From positions 1 to 57,235 of the forward strand of contig PKTE01000057.1 in assembly GCA_002869335.1 (NCBI GenBank): a DNA stretch of 57,235 bases, given 5' to 3'. Shown in pieces: positions 21,495-29,355 of this stretch; the first letter of the stretch is position 1; the number at the start of each line of letters is the position of its first letter. The DNA comes from Salinivirgaceae bacterium (GTDB taxonomy: Bacteria > Bacteroidota > Bacteroidia > Bacteroidales > Salinivirgaceae). The notes beneath the pieces are model-generated. The model saw nothing but the letters and a program-made list of their open reading frames with translations. It did not search any database and had not been told where the DNA came from. The translations under genes were made by a program, and so were the position numbers.

Positions 21495-21526
21495 AGGCCC
21501 GATCGGCCAATCGCCGAACGGAGCCT
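21495..21526 (-). other. GC-rich stem-loop between atpE and atpF
   Basis: aggc-ccg-a-tcggc / gccga-a-cgg-a-gcct, followed by a short U-run on the minus strand. Confidence 0.6.
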
Positions 21527-21540
21527 GTTAATCTTTCTCC

Positions 21541-21798
<258 letters not shown>

Positions 21799-21813
21799 TT
21801 AATTTATAGTTTA

Positions 21814-22881
21814 TTAATGATGCTCTTCAATAGCCATCCCAAAATAAATGGCAGATAAAAGCGTAAATACAAAAGCTTGAATAAATGAAACCAAAATATC
21901 AAGTAATATCATAAACACAGCAAACAACATTGAAAATGGCGAAACAGCAATACCTACAACCGGAGAAATTGCTCCGAAAATAAATATCAACGATATAAAA
22001 GCCAACATTACAATATGCCCTGCAGTCATGTTTGCAAACAAACGAATGGCCAGAATAATTGGTTTCGTAAATACTCCTATAACCTCAACAAAAGGCATTA
22101 ATGGTATTGGCATTTTAAGCCACCATGGAACCCCCGGTGTATTAAAAATATGTGTCCAATAGTTTTTATTTCCACTAACTGTGGTTATAAAAAATGTCAC
22201 TAATGCTAGAGAAGCTGTAACAGAGATGTTCCCGGTTACATTCGCTCCAAATGGAGGAATTGGTATTAACCCAAATAAGTTTGTAAAAAATATAAAAAAG
22301 AAAACCGTTAGCAAATAAGGCATAAACCTATTATAGTTTTTACCAATTGCTGATGCGGCGATATCATCTCTAACAAATAAAATTAATGGTTCTACAAATG
22401 ACAATACACCCCTAGGTGCTTTGTCAGCTCCTCGACTGGCAATTTTAGCAGCCTTTAGAAAAACAAATAGCATGAAAAACATGGTAACAAGTAAACCTAT
22501 TACAACTTTAGTCATAGAAAGATCTATTAATCCTCCTTCATAGGGCTTCCCGTTTTCATCAATCTCCACAATACGTCCTGCCTGAGGACCTTCTTTTGCT
22601 ATTTCAAAGCCTTTGTATGAAGAGTGCCCATGGTGAAATTTACTAGAAAGAAAAAAATGAAATCCACTTCTTTCACTGTACAAAATTACGGGTAAAGGAA
22701 TTGAAACATGCTCGCCTGAAGGGGTAGTCATGATATGCCAACTATAATCATTGATAATGTGACCTATGATAACTTCTTTCACATCAAGCTCTCTATCTTT
22801 TGAAACATGATGCTCTTCATCTGTAGCAAAAACATAAAGCGATAAAGAGAGTGCGGCTAATACAACGAGAAGTTTTCGCAT
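21814..22881 (-). CDS. atpB: ATP synthase Fo subunit a (Bacteroidota long form with N-terminal extension)
   Basis: IRLFANMTAGH, IQAFVFTLLSAIY, N-terminal signal-like segment. Confidence 0.97.
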   Translation of the reverse strand: MRKLLVVLAALSLSLYVFATDEEHHVSKDRELDVKEVIIGHIINDYSWHIMTTPSGEHVSIPLPVILYSERSGFHFFLSSKFHHGHSSYKGFEIAKEGPQAGRIVEIDENGKPYEGGLIDLSMTKVVIGLLVTMFFMLFVFLKAAKIASRGADKAPRGVLSFVEPLILFVRDDIAASAIGKNYNRFMPYLLTVFFFIFFTNLFGLIPIPPFGANVTGNISVTASLALVTFFITTVSGNKNYWTHIFNTPGVPWWLKMPIPLMPFVEVIGVFTKPIILAIRLFANMTAGHIVMLAFISLIFIFGAISPVVGIAVSPFSMLFAVFMILLDILVSFIQAFVFTLLSAIYFGMAIEEHH

Positions 22882-22913
22882 GTTTTTAATAATTAATTCA
22901 GATTAGTGCTTAA

Positions 22914-22921
22914 CAAAATTA
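22914..22921 (-). promoter_or_regulatory. -7 promoter box TAATTTTG for atpBEFHAG
   Basis: TAnnTTTG 32 bp upstream of the atpB ATG. Confidence 0.55.
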
Positions 22922-23148
22922 GCAATAATTAAGAGATAAATATAAAATGAGCAATGTAAATTTCGCAAACATTTAACAATCAATTTAAATAAAGGTTTCA
23001 ACAATCACTTGATATTTTATTTCTCGGAGATGATTTTGTCACAAAAGGGTAATTACATGGAAATTCTAAATATTTTAATGCGAGGTTGATATAATTTGTG
23101 CAGAATTCAGGATATTTTATAACTTGTCTTTTTTTAAAAATTCGGTTT

Positions 23149-24234
23149 ATGAAAGATGCGAATATTCAAATCGTTAGTGACTGGAAATTAGAGGACTTAA
23201 TCACAAACCTTGCTTCCGGCATAATTAAAATTCCTCGCTTTCAAAGAGATTATGCATGGGAAAGAACAAAAGTTGTTCTTTTGCTTAATAGCATTTATAT
23301 GCAATATCCTATTGGAACATTTTTTTTATGGATAGCCCCGGAAAAATATAAAGACTTTATCCGTACCACCGAAGATTTAAATATTAAACAAAACCCTTCA
23401 AAAGGGGAAACGCAATTTATTCTTGATGGGCAGCAAAGAATTTTATCGCTTTACATGGCATTAAACGGATTAAAAAATGATAATGGAAATTATGCCCAAA
23501 TTTGCTATAATCCGGCAGCAGAGTCATTTCGTATTCCTCGCCGTAAGACTGAAAAATATGCCATCCCGGCCTGGAAAATATTTGATGCAAAGGAGTTCAA
23601 ACAAGTAAGCGATAAGCTCAAAAAAGATTCAGAACGAATCTACAACAACTGGTTGGATGTACGCGAAAAAATCCTGAATTATCCTGTAAGCGTTGTAAAA
23701 ACATTAAACTACGAACTCGACGAAGTCGTTGAAATATTTGAACGAATAAATCAGGGTGGTAAGCGTCTTTCTTCGTTTGATTTAGTTCACGCCACAACCT
23801 GGTCTGTTGACTTTGATCTCAAAGCAAAAATTGAAGAATTCAATCATATTCAAAAAATCGAAAAAGCCGGAGGGCTTACTGAAAAGGTTTTTACGCACTC
23901 ATTGGCATTAAACGCATTTGACGATTGTCGAAATTCATATCAACTAAAACTTAACCCAGAGATTGCTAAAAACCTATGGCACAGAACACAGCAATCAATA
24001 TCCAGGGCCGTTGATTTACTGCATGACATGCGTATAACAACTGGCTTATCTTCTTACCAGACTCATCTGATTATTTTACAATACTATTTTTTCAGAACAG
24101 ATGAAACAGAAATGAACCAGGAGGCTAGAAAGAAAGTAGAAAAATGGTTTTGGGATGCTCGGTTCAGTAAAAGGTTTAGTACAGGAACTTACACTACAAT
24201 AAAAGAAGATGCACAATGGATTATCAGCCTTTAA
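23149..24234 (+). CDS. DUF262 (ParB/Srx-like, GmrSD N-terminal type) protein with no recognisable C-terminal nuclease
   Basis: IPRFQRDYAW, YPIGTFFLW, ILDGQQR, IFERINQGGKRLS. ATG at 23149 preferred over the GTG at 23098. Confidence 0.85.
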   Translation: MKDANIQIVSDWKLEDLITNLASGIIKIPRFQRDYAWERTKVVLLLNSIYMQYPIGTFFLWIAPEKYKDFIRTTEDLNIKQNPSKGETQFILDGQQRILSLYMALNGLKNDNGNYAQICYNPAAESFRIPRRKTEKYAIPAWKIFDAKEFKQVSDKLKKDSERIYNNWLDVREKILNYPVSVVKTLNYELDEVVEIFERINQGGKRLSSFDLVHATTWSVDFDLKAKIEEFNHIQKIEKAGGLTEKVFTHSLALNAFDDCRNSYQLKLNPEIAKNLWHRTQQSISRAVDLLHDMRITTGLSSYQTHLIILQYYFFRTDETEMNQEARKKVEKWFWDARFSKRFSTGTYTTIKEDAQWIISL

Positions 24235-24269
24235 AAGCAAGTTATCTAAACCAACACTTCAACTACATA

Positions 24270-24300
24270 TAAAAAAAGGCTGCTTAAAATAAGCAGCCTT
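24270..24300 (-). terminator. Intrinsic terminator after ilvE, between convergent genes
   Basis: Perfect stem aaggctgctta / taagcagcctt with a U-tract on the minus strand. Confidence 0.85.
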
Positions 24301-24319
24301 AGTTATATCTAATTAGTTA

Positions 24320-25339
24320 TTAGTCGATAATTGTAACCCAATTATGTGGATCTGGTTTATCACCGTATTGAATACCTCTTAATTCATCATACAGCTTCTG
24401 GCTCACAGGACCTACATTTCCATCTTTGGAGTAGATATACTCTTTTCCCGTTTCACGATCAACAATTCGTCCAATTGGTGAAATAACTGCAGCGGTTCCA
24501 CATGCCCCACATTCTTCGAAAGACTCAAGCTCTTCAACAGGAATTGGTCTTCTTTCTGCTTTTAAGCCCATATCTTCTGCCAATTGCAACAAACTCATAT
24601 TTGTTATGGAAGGTAAAATTGAAGATGATTTTGGGGTTATATATGAGTTGTCTTTTATGGCAAAAAAGTTTGCCGGACCGCACTCATCAATATATTTTTT
24701 CTCTTTAGCATCCAGGTACAATGCAGCAGCAAAACCTTCTGCGTGTGCATGGACTCCTGATCTTAGAGAAGCGGCGTAATTACCACCGACTTTAAGTGTT
24801 CCTGTACCTAATGGAGCAGCACGGTCTGCATCTTTTACTATTTGCACATTAACAGGCTTGAAACCTTCTTTGAAGTAAGGTCCTACAGGCATCACAAAAA
24901 TTGCAAATGTATATTCAGGAGCAGGCTTTACTCCAACTTGTGCTCCAGCTCCAAATAAAACCGGACGGATATATAACGAAGCTTCCGTATCACGTGGCGG
25001 CACATAATCCTTATTTAACTCTATAACTTTAAAAAGCATCTTTTTGAAAAGATCTTCTGGCACTTTAGCCATCATAATTCCTTCAGCAGAACGCTCAAGC
25101 CTTTTAAAGTTCTCTTCCCATCGAAAAACACGCACTTTACCATCTTTTCCTCTAAAAGCCTTCATTCCTTCGAAAGCCTGTTGCCCATAATGCAAACCAG
25201 TGGCTGCAATATTAACTTCAAGCACGTCTTTATCACTGACCTCTACTTCTCCCCATTTACCATCTTTAAAATGTGTGCGAACGTTATAATCAGTTTTGTA
25301 ATACCCGAATCCGAGTTTACTCCAATCAATTGTCTTCAT
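24320..25339 (-). CDS. ilvE: Branched-chain amino acid aminotransferase
   Basis: LHYGQQAFEGMKA, LYIRP, KVGGNYAAS, ILPSIT, GTAAVISPI. Confidence 0.96.
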   Translation of the reverse strand: MKTIDWSKLGFGYYKTDYNVRTHFKDGKWGEVEVSDKDVLEVNIAATGLHYGQQAFEGMKAFRGKDGKVRVFRWEENFKRLERSAEGIMMAKVPEDLFKKMLFKVIELNKDYVPPRDTEASLYIRPVLFGAGAQVGVKPAPEYTFAIFVMPVGPYFKEGFKPVNVQIVKDADRAAPLGTGTLKVGGNYAASLRSGVHAHAEGFAAALYLDAKEKKYIDECGPANFFAIKDNSYITPKSSSILPSITNMSLLQLAEDMGLKAERRPIPVEELESFEECGACGTAAVISPIGRIVDRETGKEYIYSKDGNVGPVSQKLYDELRGIQYGDKPDPHNWVTIID

Positions 25340-25369
25340 AATAACAATAGTTAAAGGTTACACTTGAAG

Positions 25370-25377
25370 CAAATGTA
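25370..25377 (-). promoter_or_regulatory. -7 promoter box TACATTTG for ilvE
   Basis: TAnnTTTG 30 bp upstream of the ATG. Confidence 0.6.
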
Positions 25378-25428
25378 AACAAATCAACTGAATTTTACAA
25401 CGATATACAGATGTTATGCAATATAAAT

Positions 25429-25459
25429 AAAAAACCGGACAGGTAAAAAACCCATCCGG
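25429..25459 (-). terminator. Probable terminator after the USP gene
   Basis: Minus strand ccggatgggt...acctgtccgg stem (with G-U pairs) followed by U6. Confidence 0.65.
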
Positions 25460-25482
25460 CGATATATTTGAAGTAAATTTTT

Positions 25483-26325
25483 CTATATAAAACTAGAGTA
25501 TTTAGTAAGGTCTGCTCTAGGAGGAATACACATAACAGGTATTGTATAAGAATCTGTAGTTTTTCCACTCAACCATTTATGATAGTACTTTGCAGTCATC
25601 ATAATCATGTCGGCTTCGATGATTGTACCAAATTTCATCACTGCTGATTTAAATGGCTCTTTTTTCTTTGCAGTTTTCACTCCGTAGATAATATTTTGCT
25701 TATCTAGCATTTTCTTAGTGAAATAAACATTATTGGCTAGCTCTTTCTTTCTAAACTCATCGTTTAAGAAAGGCTTCATGAGATTTATATTACACTTATA
25801 ATAGTTCGCCATGTAAATAATCCAGGCCAATGACTCACGGTATCTGCGATCATCGTCGATTGGTACTACAATTTCTTTGTAATATTCGTGAGCTGGCGGT
25901 TGTTCCACAATAATGAACGGAATAAAAGCACCTTTCATTATTTTCAGAAAATCTGTAACACTAAGTGTGTTTTTATTCCCCTGAACGGAACGATACATAA
26001 CCATTAGGTTTGCATTTACCGTATGGATTATCTCTTGTGCAATTTGCCTTGCTTTACCCTGTCTAACAAAAGCGCGGCACTCCATATCAAAATCTTTCGA
26101 TATTTGATCGGCTTTAGCAGTCAGGTCCTTTTCAATTTTTTTAAGCTCGTCTTCAGAAAGTTTTTTGCTGAAACCTCCGAATATACCACCTTTGATGTTA
26201 TTGAGATACAACAAGGCGATACCGTTATTCACAACCTTTGCAAGCTGCACGGCATGCTGAAGAGCAATTTCTGAGCCCTCAGAAAAATCCCAGGGTACTA
26301 CAATGTATTTCTTTTTCGCGTTCAT
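25483..26325 (-). CDS. Universal stress protein (tandem USP domains)
   Basis: YIVVPWDFSEGSEIALQHAVQLA; second domain KEIVVPID; terminal IPVMCIPP. Confidence 0.8.
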   Translation of the reverse strand: MNAKKKYIVVPWDFSEGSEIALQHAVQLAKVVNNGIALLYLNNIKGGIFGGFSKKLSEDELKKIEKDLTAKADQISKDFDMECRAFVRQGKARQIAQEIIHTVNANLMVMYRSVQGNKNTLSVTDFLKIMKGAFIPFIIVEQPPAHEYYKEIVVPIDDDRRYRESLAWIIYMANYYKCNINLMKPFLNDEFRKKELANNVYFTKKMLDKQNIIYGVKTAKKKEPFKSAVMKFGTIIEADMIMMTAKYYHKWLSGKTTDSYTIPVMCIPPRADLTKYSSFI

Positions 26326-26375
26326 ATAGTTTCGACGTTTCAGATTGGTAAATCTACGAAATTTTTTCTATATAT

Positions 26376-28127
26376 CTATTTTTTTAATTGTCTGCGAATA
26401 TTTTCAAGCTGCTTTTTTTTATTAACATCACGTAATTGTTTGGCAGTGGCGGTAAAGTATTGATGTGATTCAATAAATTTTATCTGTATTTGGTTCCATT
26501 TATCGTAATTATCTTCAATAAAATTGTATTCCACAAGCTCTTTAAATAGATTTTCAGACACAGGAATAAAATCTGCTCTACCTAAATAGTCCAAATCCGC
26601 ATCACACATGATTTTCTCCACCTTGTTTTTGGGTTTTGGTGGCAACTTGGTCACATAAATTAAATCTGAAATAGCTTCTATCTGCTCTTCAGAATAATCA
26701 TATTTCGGTAAAATTTCCTTTGCAATCTTGATTCCCAGAAGCTCATGATCTTTGTAACCTCTTGTAAATCCTGCGTCATGGAACAGTGCGGCCGTTTTTA
26801 AAAGCAGCATTTCTTCTTCTGAAACAGCCTCACTTCTACCGATTAATTCCACCTGTGTTACAACATCAATCGTATGTTTTACATTGTGATAGTACAAATT
26901 ATCTGGCAAATGTCGTTCTAACAGATTCATAACCTCCTCTTCTAAATCGTCGAAACGAATGAATGCCAACTTTGTATAAAACTTATCGTTTGGATTAAAC
27001 CCTTGATCTTGAACAGATAGGTGTGGCTTGAATCCTTCAATAAAATACATGTCTACGTCACCCCTGAACTTAACTGGCATTTTTCCATGGTAGTTGCATA
27101 AAAAATAGTCACGAATAAGTTCGTAGGTATTGCCGCTGATGTTGATTTTACCTATTTCACCTGAGGACTCCATTCTACTAGCAATATTAACTGTCTCTCC
27201 CCAAATATCATAGGCCTGCTTCTTTAAACCTTCTCTTCCAGCAAAAACCGGCCCTGTATGAATACCGATTCGCAAACCCCAAATCCTGCTATCACCATCG
27301 GGATATTTGGTTTTAAGCTCTTCGATATAATGTTGCATTTCAAGTGCTGCCAAAACCACCTCAATGGGGTTTGTGCGATTCTTTTGAGGTATACCTCCTG
27401 CACACATATATGAATCCCCTACAGATTTGATTTTGTGGATATTGTATTTCTTTACTGTTTGATCAAATTTGTAAAAGAATTTATCAAGATCATCTACAAG
27501 TTTGTCGGGATTATCTTTCGAAGTTAATTCGCTAAACCCAAGTACATCAGAAAACAAAACGGTAACCATTTTGTACCGCTTTGACTTTACGGTCTCTTTT
27601 AACTGCTCAGCCTCTTCTTTTGGCAACCTCTCGGCTAACTCTCGTTCATATGATTGTCGCTGCTCAATCATACGGCTGGTAGTATTCTGCAAGCGCATTT
27701 CAAGATCTAATCGCTCTACAGAAAATCTATATTTAAAATACCTCACGGTAAACCAAATGGTACTCATCAGTGAAAGCAAAGCAGAAATCCAAAACCATAA
27801 AGACAGTTCTCTTATGGGTGAAATACTAATTTCGGCATAGGCAAACTCTTTGCCCTGTGTGTCTTTTAAATAAATTTCAGTGCGGTGATCAAAGGATTTA
27901 ATGCTAATTGTATTAAACTCTGCAGCCTCTTGCCAATCACCATTCTGACCAATTTTATAAAATGTGCCAGCAGGAAACATCAGTTTAACCGAAACACCAT
28001 CATCTTCTACAACCTTAAAATACTCTGGGTTTTCAGCGTCAACACTGACCTTGTATTGGCCTGAAACATAATTGGAGGCAAAAACAAAGAAAAGGGCAAT
28101 ACTTATGATTCGAATAATCGACTTCAC
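26376..28127 (-). CDS. Membrane-anchored class III adenylate/guanylate cyclase fused to a C-terminal HD domain
   Basis: Signal peptide, about 85-aa exported domain, TM helix, coiled coil, VLFSDVLGFS, KIKSVGDSYM, YDIWGETVNIASRMES, then YHNVKHT...ALFHDAGF...HE...CDADLDYLG. Confidence 0.9.
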   Translation of the reverse strand: MKSIIRIISIALFFVFASNYVSGQYKVSVDAENPEYFKVVEDDGVSVKLMFPAGTFYKIGQNGDWQEAAEFNTISIKSFDHRTEIYLKDTQGKEFAYAEISISPIRELSLWFWISALLSLMSTIWFTVRYFKYRFSVERLDLEMRLQNTTSRMIEQRQSYERELAERLPKEEAEQLKETVKSKRYKMVTVLFSDVLGFSELTSKDNPDKLVDDLDKFFYKFDQTVKKYNIHKIKSVGDSYMCAGGIPQKNRTNPIEVVLAALEMQHYIEELKTKYPDGDSRIWGLRIGIHTGPVFAGREGLKKQAYDIWGETVNIASRMESSGEIGKINISGNTYELIRDYFLCNYHGKMPVKFRGDVDMYFIEGFKPHLSVQDQGFNPNDKFYTKLAFIRFDDLEEEVMNLLERHLPDNLYYHNVKHTIDVVTQVELIGRSEAVSEEEMLLLKTAALFHDAGFTRGYKDHELLGIKIAKEILPKYDYSEEQIEAISDLIYVTKLPPKPKNKVEKIMCDADLDYLGRADFIPVSENLFKELVEYNFIEDNYDKWNQIQIKFIESHQYFTATAKQLRDVNKKKQLENIRRQLKK

Positions 28128-28194
28128 TTTTTTTTCATGAAATTATAATATAGTCTGCTAATTGCCAAACTTTTTTTAGACCGAATCTAAATTA

Positions 28195-29349
28195 CTATCG
28201 ATTTAGAAGTATGCGAATGGTTGTTCCTTTTTCTGGCTCCGACCATTTTACGAAGATATTTCCACGGTGATACTCATTAATTATTCTTTTTGCCAAAGAA
28301 AGCCCAAGTCCCCAACCTCTTTGTTTTGAGGTAATTCCGGGCTGGAATACACTTTTATGTTTCGTTCTTGGGATCCCCTTACCATTATCGGTAATGTCAA
28401 CTGCAATATGTTTTTTCTCATCTAAAATATCCACCTGTATTTTTCCTTCGCCTGTAATTGCATCAACTGAGTTTTTAATCACATTTTCAATTACCCATGA
28501 AAACAAAGCCTTATTTAGCGGGATAACCGCATTCTCAAATCCGTTTGTGTTGAATGTAATTGAAATTCTGTTTGAGGTTCGTCTTTTCATATACTCAATA
28601 GCTTCATTAAGTGAGGATGTTAATGAAGTTTGCTTCAGTAAAGGTTGAGCTCCTACTTTTGAAAAACGCTCTACTATAGTCTCCAATCGCTTTAGATCCT
28701 GGCTCATCTCTTCCGCGTAATCATTACACTTCATTTCAACCTTCATGAGTTCTACCCATGCAATTAGCGAAGATATTGGGGTCCCTAATTGATGTGCAGT
28801 TTCTTTTGACATTCCGACCCAAACTCGATTTTGCTCTGCCCGTCGTGAAGAACTAAAGGCCATATATGCCATAAAAACAAAAACACTAAAAACGCCTAAT
28901 TGTACAAACGGGAACCAAAAAAGCATATTTAGCAATGTGGAATCGTCATAATAAACTTTACGCTGAATTTTACCATTCAAAATGTCAATAATTACAGGCT
29001 CGTGATTTTCTTTCATCTCCTGAAAGCGCTTATTTAAATAGTCTTTATTCTTGGCGCGCTCTTCATTGAGATTTTTATGTGAAATAATGCTATCATTCTC
29101 ATCTGTTAGAATAACTGGAATATTCTCATTTTTGGTGATTACTTCGCTTACAAATGTAAGGTCCTCATTCATATTGGTAGTTTGAGCGAACCTACGAGTG
29201 GCCTCTGCATAAAGTTCTACTCTTTGTCGCTCTTGTTCAGAAAGCTTTTCTACCAAATAATTTGAATAAGCTAGTGAAACAATACTTATAACTACGGCAA
29301 TGGCCATAATTACAATTTTGTACTTCCTCTTATTTATGTAAATATTCAT
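28195..29349 (-). CDS. Membrane sensor histidine kinase (no cognate response regulator adjacent)
   Basis: Two TM helices, H-box KETAHQLGTPISSL, ENVIKNSVDA, DNGKG, GWGLGLSL. Confidence 0.92.
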   Translation of the reverse strand: MNIYINKRKYKIVIMAIAVVISIVSLAYSNYLVEKLSEQERQRVELYAEATRRFAQTTNMNEDLTFVSEVITKNENIPVILTDENDSIISHKNLNEERAKNKDYLNKRFQEMKENHEPVIIDILNGKIQRKVYYDDSTLLNMLFWFPFVQLGVFSVFVFMAYMAFSSSRRAEQNRVWVGMSKETAHQLGTPISSLIAWVELMKVEMKCNDYAEEMSQDLKRLETIVERFSKVGAQPLLKQTSLTSSLNEAIEYMKRRTSNRISITFNTNGFENAVIPLNKALFSWVIENVIKNSVDAITGEGKIQVDILDEKKHIAVDITDNGKGIPRTKHKSVFQPGITSKQRGWGLGLSLAKRIINEYHRGNIFVKWSEPEKGTTIRILLNR

Positions 29350-29355
29350 AAGTTT

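Noticed and set aside
26376-28127. Pycsar/CBASS-type anti-phage cyclase
   Set aside because: The cyclase has a signal peptide, a TM anchor and canonical adenine-specifying residues. No TIR, cNMP-binding or Pycsar TM effector is adjacent, and the context is housekeeping.
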